From positions 1-64,000 of the IMG/VR virus record IMGVR_UViG_3300010883_008292: a stretch of DNA of 64,000 bases. One strand, 5' to 3'. Positions 57,842 through 64,000 of the stretch are shown here, piece by piece. How positions within the stretch are numbered: position 1 is the first letter of the stretch; every line of letters begins with the position of its first letter. Source of the stretch: a virus. A program made the translations under genes and the position numbers. The notes under the pieces are model-generated. The model saw only the letters and a list, made by a program, of their open reading frames with translations. It was not told the origin of the DNA and did no database searches.

Positions 57842-59135
57842 TCAGGAATACTGGTTAACAAAAATTAAAAAAGACTTGGACGACGTAGGTCCAGGATTCT
57901 GTTTATTAAAGTGGTACTATCTAGAACTTAGTTTAGCAGAAGGACTAAAACATTCCTGCTACCACTGTCCTCAGCATAAAATTCCAACTGATAGCGATTT
58001 ACACAACACACCCTATACCAAAGCAGTAAGACAAGAAATGTTAGATGGCGGTAAACCTGCCGAAGATGCTTATTGCTATAATATAGAAGAAACAGGAAAC
58101 TTTAGCGACAGACAAATGCTCGCGGTACAGTTCCTAAAAGACGATCCAGACTTAATAGCAAAAACTAGAGCAATACCTGCCAACGAAGATGTATGGCCAA
58201 GATATTTAACAGTCAGTTTTACTAACAAATGCCAAATGTCATGTAGTTATTGTGGAGCAGGTAAAAGCTCAACTTGGCAAAAGGAGTTAGACAAACATGG
58301 ACCTTACAAATTAAGAAATAAACCTAATCACGATAAGTATATACCAAGAAATGACATTCTAATACCCTCACAGAACCCCGATGTTAAGAAATTTTGGGAG
58401 TGGCTACCCGAGGCTTATACACATTTAAATACTATACGCTTGACTGGTGGAGAACCCTTACTAGACGCGAATACGTTTAAATTACTACAGTATGTCAAAG
58501 ATCATCCTAAAGAGAACTTATCTTTTGAAATAAGCACAAACCTAATGGTGACTGAACGTAGAGTTAAGGAGTACATCAGCCTAGTTAAAGATTTACCAGG
58601 ACAAAAATGTTATGTCAGTATAGACAGCTGGGGTAAGCAAGCAGAGTATATAAGAAACGGATTAAAGATGGAAAGGTTTGAAGAGAACCTCCACAAGGTT
58701 TTAGGATCAGGAATTCCTGTAGGAATTATGTGCACATTTTGTTTCTTATCTATTCCTAACTTTGAACAGTTCATATATAAAATGGCAGAATTGAAAATTA
58801 CTTATGGTGACTTAGTTACAATAGATATGCCAAACATGGTTGAACCATTACACCTTACTGCTAGAATTGCTGATGATAATATTATAAGTATATTAGAAGA
58901 TAGTTTAAAAAGTATGAAGACCTTTGATAACATATTTCAACCATATGAAATAATGAAGTTACAAAGAACAGTTGATTGGATAAAAACAAATAGATTTAAA
59001 GGATTAGAATTAAAAGTACAAAGAGAAGATTTCGTAGCTTTTGTAGACGAACATGATAAGAGACGGGGAACAAATTTTATAGAAACCTTCCCAGAACTAG
59101 GTGAATTTTATGGCAGAATTAAAGCAGGTAATTAG
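57822..59135 (+). CDS. radical SAM protein with N-terminal Cys-rich (twitch-like) domain
   Basis: FCLLKW...SCYHC; NKCQMSCSYC; TGGEP; STN; VSID. Confidence 0.88.
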   Translation: MVKKSNSQEYWLTKIKKDLDDVGPGFCLLKWYYLELSLAEGLKHSCYHCPQHKIPTDSDLHNTPYTKAVRQEMLDGGKPAEDAYCYNIEETGNFSDRQMLAVQFLKDDPDLIAKTRAIPANEDVWPRYLTVSFTNKCQMSCSYCGAGKSSTWQKELDKHGPYKLRNKPNHDKYIPRNDILIPSQNPDVKKFWEWLPEAYTHLNTIRLTGGEPLLDANTFKLLQYVKDHPKENLSFEISTNLMVTERRVKEYISLVKDLPGQKCYVSIDSWGKQAEYIRNGLKMERFEENLHKVLGSGIPVGIMCTFCFLSIPNFEQFIYKMAELKITYGDLVTIDMPNMVEPLHLTARIADDNIISILEDSLKSMKTFDNIFQPYEIMKLQRTVDWIKTNRFKGLELKVQREDFVAFVDEHDKRRGTNFIETFPELGEFYGRIKAGN

Positions 59136-59781
59136 TTTATTCAACCCAACGATTATGGTATGGGATAATTTTATGAGCGGCCCTGAATGTAAGCAGTTGA
59201 TAAAAGATATGGATGATCACGTTCAATGGACTCGAGGCAAAGTTACGCAGGGAGAAGAAGGTGATGATGAAAATCACTATGCAAGAACAAATCAAATGGG
59301 CTGGTTAAATTATAAACATAGTCCAACGGCTGTTCATTTTTTAATGAGAGCATCGCAAGTAACACAATTACATTATTCACAAGCAGAAAGCTGTCAAGCA
59401 TTACATTATGAACTAGGCGAGGAATATGAGGCTCACATGGACGCCTTCCCTGTAGGTACAGCCAGAGCAAACGGAATTGAAGGGAAAGGAACCCAAGGAA
59501 ACAGAGTAGCAACACTTCTTCTATATTTGAATGAAGTAGCAGATGGTGGCTCCACAGTATTTACAGAATTAAATAAAGGCATAGAACCCAAAGCGGGAAG
59601 GTGTGTTTTATTTAGTAATACAATTATAGGAACACAAGTTCCAGACCCCAAAACAATGCATCAAGCCCAGCCAGTATTAGCTGGAGAGAAGTATGCTATA
59701 AACTTATGGTTTAGAAATGTGCCTATAGAGGACCAAATAAGGGATAAAATGGTAGATAAAAATTCCGCGGAGTATAAATAA
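59110..59781 (+). CDS. prolyl 4-hydroxylase-like 2OG-Fe(II) oxygenase
   Basis: HMD, RVATLLLYLNEV, GGST, TMH, GEKYAINLW. Confidence 0.88.
   Translation: MAELKQVISLFNPTIMVWDNFMSGPECKQLIKDMDDHVQWTRGKVTQGEEGDDENHYARTNQMGWLNYKHSPTAVHFLMRASQVTQLHYSQAESCQALHYELGEEYEAHMDAFPVGTARANGIEGKGTQGNRVATLLLYLNEVADGGSTVFTELNKGIEPKAGRCVLFSNTIIGTQVPDPKTMHQAQPVLAGEKYAINLWFRNVPIEDQIRDKMVDKNSAEYK
59773..59780 (+). promoter_or_regulatory. T4 late promoter
   Basis: TATAAATA about 190 nt upstream of hsp20. Confidence 0.75.
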
Positions 59782-59790
59782 ATATGCAAC

Positions 59791-59940
59791 GTGTTCTTAT
59801 GAAGGAGGAATGCCTAATAAAATAGGCGCTACTAAGGAATAAGAATACTAGCAATTTGTGATGGGGGGAAAACTGAAGATGTTTACATTGAAAACAGAAC
59901 CCCCTGATCATCTTTCAGAGGACATGCCGTAAGGGTGTCC
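59791..59940 (+). ncRNA. candidate structured RNA leader of hsp20
   Basis: Three stems seen by eye: gtgttcttat/ataagaatac, tgatgggggg/ccccctgatca, and ggacatgcc-GTAA-gggtgtcc. Confidence 0.5.
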
Positions 59941-59973
59941 ATTTTACAACTCGCTTAACTAAGGAGAAAAAAC

Positions 59974-60432
59974 ATGGTAAAACTAACCACAGCGAATTGG
60001 GACAATTTCGTCCACACCTTCCCACAAATAGAAAAACAATTTATCGGATTCAACAGAGTCTTTGATTTACTTCAAAAGGACTTTGAGCCGGCAAATAATA
60101 ATTTTCCACCTTTTAACATTCAAAAGATAGACGACTATAAATTTGAACTTCAACTAGCACTCGCTGGTTTCAAAGAATCAAATTTGGATATCTCAGTAGA
60201 GGATGGAACACTTACTATAACGGGAGATCAAACCCAGGGCGCAATAGACGGCGAACCTGATAACTTTATACACAAAGGAATAGCTGAACGCAAATTCAGA
60301 CGCTCCTGGTCTTTGGCTGATACCGTAGTAGTAAAAGGTGCCAACTTAAAAGACGGGGTCTTAACAGTATCTTTGGAAAATGAAATACCAGAGGCTAAAA
60401 AGCCCAAATCAATTGAAATAAAAACTAAATAA
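59974..60432 (+). CDS. small heat shock protein Hsp20 (IbpA-like)
   Basis: FPPFNI, LALAGF, HKGIAERKFRR, DGVLTV, IPEAKKP. Confidence 0.95.
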   Translation: MVKLTTANWDNFVHTFPQIEKQFIGFNRVFDLLQKDFEPANNNFPPFNIQKIDDYKFELQLALAGFKESNLDISVEDGTLTITGDQTQGAIDGEPDNFIHKGIAERKFRRSWSLADTVVVKGANLKDGVLTVSLENEIPEAKKPKSIEIKTK

Positions 60433-60447
60433 TGTAGGAGCAGGAGC

Positions 60448-60798
60448 ATGGCAAACATTCAAATTATAAAATTAACCTCAGGTGAGGATATTATGGGAGA
60501 AGTCTCGGATACAGAAATAGATGGTAAAGCATTTTTACTTATAGAGAATCCGGCAGTAATCTTAATGATGCCTAAACCTGGTAGTGATGATGAGTTCGGC
60601 GTTGGCCTTGCTCCATACGCTCCTTTTGCTAAAGAGCATAAAGTTCCTATATTCCCCAATCATATAATTTCAGTATATGATCCTGATAGAAATTTATTAA
60701 ACGCTTATTCACAGAAGTTTGGCTCTGGCTTAATACAAGTGGGATCTCCAGGTGTTAGTCTTATAAATAAAAAGATACTAAACGAAAATAAGAAGTAA
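60448..60798 (+). CDS. conserved T4-like hypothetical protein
   Basis: IIKLTSGEDIMG, YSQKFGSG; position after hsp20. Confidence 0.7.
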   Translation: MANIQIIKLTSGEDIMGEVSDTEIDGKAFLLIENPAVILMMPKPGSDDEFGVGLAPYAPFAKEHKVPIFPNHIISVYDPDRNLLNAYSQKFGSGLIQVGSPGVSLINKKILNENKK

Positions 60799-60803
60799 GA
60801 TAA

Positions 60804-61238
60804 GTGTACGAATATAGAGCAAAAATTGTCAGGGTAGTTGACGGAGATACAGTAGATGTTGATATCGACTTGGGCTTCGGCGCCTGGTTACATAAGCAAC
60901 GTGTCAGGTTATATGGGATTGACACACCAGAAAGTAGAACCCGTGACCTTGAGGAAAAGAAGTTCGGACTTATGGCAAAAGAATTCCTCAAAAAAGAACT
61001 TAAAGATGGAGCTGTACTCAAAACAAGGCTTGATGGTAAAGGTAAATATGGAAGAATCCTCGGTGAATTTATTACTGTAAAAGAAGATACCCGGCCGGGT
61101 GTCACCTTCGGGGAAAAGTACAGACGTAATGTAAACGAATACCTAATTGAACAACATCATGCAGTTACATACCACGGCCAATCAAAAGAAGACATAGCAG
61201 CAGCCCATTTAGTGAATCGTACCTTTTTCGATAATTAA
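60804..61238 (+). CDS. thermonuclease (SNase-like) family protein
   Basis: RVVDGDT, RLYGIDTPESRT, GKYGRILG. Confidence 0.88.
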   Translation: MYEYRAKIVRVVDGDTVDVDIDLGFGAWLHKQRVRLYGIDTPESRTRDLEEKKFGLMAKEFLKKELKDGAVLKTRLDGKGKYGRILGEFITVKEDTRPGVTFGEKYRRNVNEYLIEQHHAVTYHGQSKEDIAAAHLVNRTFFDN

Positions 61239-61241
61239 TAG

Positions 61242-61270
61242 TTGACTCTAGGTTCGAAAGAGCCTATAAT
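61242..61270 (+). promoter_or_regulatory. sigma70-like GGTT-type promoter of gene 43
   Basis: TTGACTctaGGTT...-N17-TATAAT. Confidence 0.85.
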
Positions 61271-61297
61271 GTACTATATGTTGGTGTTGGATATAAT

Positions 61298-63793
61298 ATG
61301 AATTTTTATACTTATGCGCGTCATTACGGCGACAAAATCCTGGTCCGTGGAGTGAAGAACGGAGAACGTTTTACCTCACGACACGACTTCAGACCTACCC
61401 TATTTGTCAAATCAGACAAACCCTCAGAATACAAAAGCATTTTTGGAGAGAAAGTATCTCCTATACAGTTTGATTCTAACAAAGAAGCAACTGACTTTTT
61501 TAGTAGATATAAAGACATTCCTAACTTTCCAGTATTTGGGCAAAACTACTATGCCTACCAATACATAACAGAAAAGTATCCTGGAACAATTGAATGGGAT
61601 GCTAAAAAATTAGCCATTTACTCTATTGACATTGAAACAACGTCAGATGGTGGCTTTCCTAACGTAGACTCTCCGAGTGAGAAAGTTCTAGTTATCACAC
61701 TTCAAAACAACAACACCAAGAAGATAACAACTTTTGGCCTCGGAGAGTTTACACCTAAGGACGATACAAAACATTTAGATATAGATTATCATAATTGTAC
61801 AGACGAATATGCTCTTCTTAAAACCTTTTTAGACTGGTGGGAGTCTAATACTCCAGACGTTATTACGGGCTGGAACTCTAACTTATTTGATATACCCTAC
61901 TTACTTGCTAGAACAGAAAAAATATTAGGCGAGAACGAACATAAAAAATATTCTCCCTTTGGCATAGTACAGAAAAGAAACGTTAGATTCATGGGACAAG
62001 AAAAGACAGCATTTGAAATAGTAGGTGTTGCACAATTAGATTATTTAGACTTATATAAGAAGTTTACTTATGTTACTCGTGAATCCTATAAACTAGACTT
62101 TATTGCAGAAACAGAGCTAGGTAAAAATAAACTTGATAGTGGCTTTGAAACATTTAAAGAGCATTATGAGAAGGATTGGAATGGATTTGTAGAGTATAAT
62201 ATTATTGATACAGTTCTTGTTGATGAGTTAGAAGATAAAATGAAACTTATTGAACTGGCCATTACAATGGCATACGATGCTAAATGTAATTATAATGATG
62301 TATATTCTGCGGTTAGAACGTGGGATAGTTTATTATATAATCACTTATGGGAAAAGAAAATTGTCTTACACCAAGGTGGTGGCAGGAAAGATAGAACAAT
62401 AGAAGGAGCATATGTACAGGAACCAGTACCCGGTAATTATGATTGGGTTGCTAGTTTCGATGCCACAAGTCTATATCCTTCTATTATTATGCAGTACAAT
62501 ATGAGTCCGGAAACTATTATTCCTGATTTTAAATATGATGTGAAAGTAGATGACTTGATAGATAGGTATAAGTTAGACAAGTTAAAAGAAAAGAATTATG
62601 CTATGGCAGCTAATGGAACTTGTTATTCGAGGGAAAAGCAAGGCCTGTTTCCTGAGATAGTACAAAAGTTTTTTAATGATAGATTAAAATATAAAAGACT
62701 TATGCAAGAGTCACAAAAGAAGTTCCAGGAAACTGGTGCCAAAGTTTATGAAAATGAAGTTAGCAAATATAATAACTTCCAAATGGCAAGAAAAATTCAA
62801 TTGAACAGTTTATATGGCGCCTTGGCAAACCAATACTTTAGATTCTATGATGATAGACTTGCTGAAGGTATTACAATGACCGGCCAGTTAGTAATTAGAG
62901 ACACGGCAAAGGCATTAGACAAATATATTAATAAGGTCTGTGGTACGGAAGATCAACAATATTCGTTTTATAGCGATACTGACTCCTGCTATGTTACTTT
63001 GGACAATATGGTTAAAAACTTTTTCCCTGATAAAAGCAAAGATCAGGTAGTAGGTTTAATAGATACGATTGCATCTGAGAAAATAGAACCAGCAATAGAT
63101 CAGGCAATGCAAAAGTTGGCTAACTATACTAATGCTTTTGAAAAGAAAATAGACTTTAAAAGGGAGATTATAGCAGATAAAGGTATATTTGTAGCTAAGA
63201 AGCGATATGCTTTAAATGTATATGATGACGAAGGATTGAGACTTAAAGAACCCAAGTTAAAGGTAATGGGATTAGAGATAGTCAGATCAAGCACTCCTGG
63301 CGTAATTAGAGAGTCTCTAAGGGAGGCCGTACGTCTTATACTTACTAGCGATGAAGAAACATTACACTCCTACGTAGCAGACGCCAAAGAGGACTTCCTC
63401 AGCAAAACAGCTGAAGTAATAGCATTTCCTAGAGGCTGTAACAATATGAAGAAGTATAGAAGTACCGCAGACATATATGGCAAAGGAACTCCTATTCACG
63501 TTAGGGGTGGATTGCTATATAATCATTATTTGAAGGAACATAATTTAAATTTAAAGTATGAGAAAATCCAGGAAGGAGATAAGATTAAGTTCTTATATTT
63601 AAAAGAGCCTAATCCTATAAAAGAAAATACGATAGCATTTATTACCAAACTTCCAAAAGAATTCAATTTACAGAAATATGTAGATTACGAACTAATTTTC
63701 CAAAAGGCATTTGTGGATCCTTTAGAAAATATATTGAATCCACTGGGCTGGCATACCGAACCCCAAGCTTCCTTAGAGGACTTATTTACATGA
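61298..63793 (+). CDS. 43: family B DNA polymerase gp43
   Basis: DIET exonuclease motif, DATSLYPS, KIQLNSLYG, YSDTDS, KKRY, C-terminal SLEDLF clamp-binding motif. Confidence 0.98.
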   Translation: MNFYTYARHYGDKILVRGVKNGERFTSRHDFRPTLFVKSDKPSEYKSIFGEKVSPIQFDSNKEATDFFSRYKDIPNFPVFGQNYYAYQYITEKYPGTIEWDAKKLAIYSIDIETTSDGGFPNVDSPSEKVLVITLQNNNTKKITTFGLGEFTPKDDTKHLDIDYHNCTDEYALLKTFLDWWESNTPDVITGWNSNLFDIPYLLARTEKILGENEHKKYSPFGIVQKRNVRFMGQEKTAFEIVGVAQLDYLDLYKKFTYVTRESYKLDFIAETELGKNKLDSGFETFKEHYEKDWNGFVEYNIIDTVLVDELEDKMKLIELAITMAYDAKCNYNDVYSAVRTWDSLLYNHLWEKKIVLHQGGGRKDRTIEGAYVQEPVPGNYDWVASFDATSLYPSIIMQYNMSPETIIPDFKYDVKVDDLIDRYKLDKLKEKNYAMAANGTCYSREKQGLFPEIVQKFFNDRLKYKRLMQESQKKFQETGAKVYENEVSKYNNFQMARKIQLNSLYGALANQYFRFYDDRLAEGITMTGQLVIRDTAKALDKYINKVCGTEDQQYSFYSDTDSCYVTLDNMVKNFFPDKSKDQVVGLIDTIASEKIEPAIDQAMQKLANYTNAFEKKIDFKREIIADKGIFVAKKRYALNVYDDEGLRLKEPKLKVMGLEIVRSSTPGVIRESLREAVRLILTSDEETLHSYVADAKEDFLSKTAEVIAFPRGCNNMKKYRSTADIYGKGTPIHVRGGLLYNHYLKEHNLNLKYEKIQEGDKIKFLYLKEPNPIKENTIAFITKLPKEFNLQKYVDYELIFQKAFVDPLENILNPLGWHTEPQASLEDLFT

Positions 63794-64000
63794 TAGAATA
63801 TGACAAAGAACTAGTACACAATGCGTTGGGTAGACCATATTGGATATATGCAGACGACACATTTTATCAACAAAGAATTGCAGGTGCAGGACCATACCAA
63901 CAGAAGAATTTAAAATACATTAGAGCATTGGTTCCTAATGCCAGAACAATAATTGATGTTGGTATGAATATAGGAATGAATACTATTGAATATGCCACTT
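63790..64000 (+). CDS. FkbM-like SAM methyltransferase, 3'-truncated by the window
   Basis: Manual translation ...RTIIDVGMNIGMNTIEYAT; ATGA-coupled to gene 43. Confidence 0.75.
   Translation, partial: MIEYDKELVHNALGRPYWIYADDTFYQQRIAGAGPYQQKNLKYIRALVPNARTIIDVGMNIGMNTIEYAT

Noticed and set aside
59801-59842. Mini-ORF MPNKIGATKE behind AAGGAGG in the hsp20 leader
   Set aside because: SD-to-ATG spacing is about 1 nt, too short for efficient initiation; treated as part of the RNA structure.
1-64000. tRNA/rRNA genes, introns or inteins in core genes, integrase
   Set aside because: None recognised by eye. gp17, gp20, gp23, gp43, gp46 and UvsW are of normal length and uninterrupted. tRNAscan/Infernal were not run.

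Overview
This window is 64 kb of an AT-rich T4-like myovirus genome. No photosynthesis genes are present, and the auxiliary genes suggest a marine heterotrophic proteobacterial host (inference). In order, it contains: (1) a glycan-modification region (1-9.5 kb) with five paralogous KWG/DLD-type glycosyltransferases, one of them a degenerate GT fused to a cysteine-less radical-SAM/SPASM domain, interrupted by a small early-gene island with an HNH nuclease; (2) fibre genes and the core T4 morphogenesis block gp13-gp23; (3) iscU/iscA, gp3 fused to a cadherin-like domain, uvsY/uvsW and gp55; (4) a 7-deazaguanine DNA-modification cluster (queE, PRTase, folE, exonuclease, dpdA-like transglycosylase, DpdL-like T-fold protein, GT-B glycosyltransferase, queD; no queC in the window); (5) gp47/gp46, glutaredoxin, a SET protein, peptide deformylase, a ClpP-like protease, a TonB-dependent receptor, a CobT/CobS-like pair and a crotonase; (6) the replication block gp45/44/62/regA/hsp20/gp43, with inserted peroxiredoxin, RHH protein, heme-c/dicopper monooxygenase, radical SAM and prolyl-hydroxylase genes. 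Two promoter classes are visible: T4 late TATAAATA boxes, and sigma70-like promoters with a fixed GGTT in the spacer. The best candidates for undescribed biology are the glycosyltransferase and PRTase embedded in the deazaguanine pathway, the late-expressed GT array with its pseudo-enzyme, and the phage-borne cytochrome-c copper monooxygenase. All calls come from motif recognition by eye; no database searches were run.
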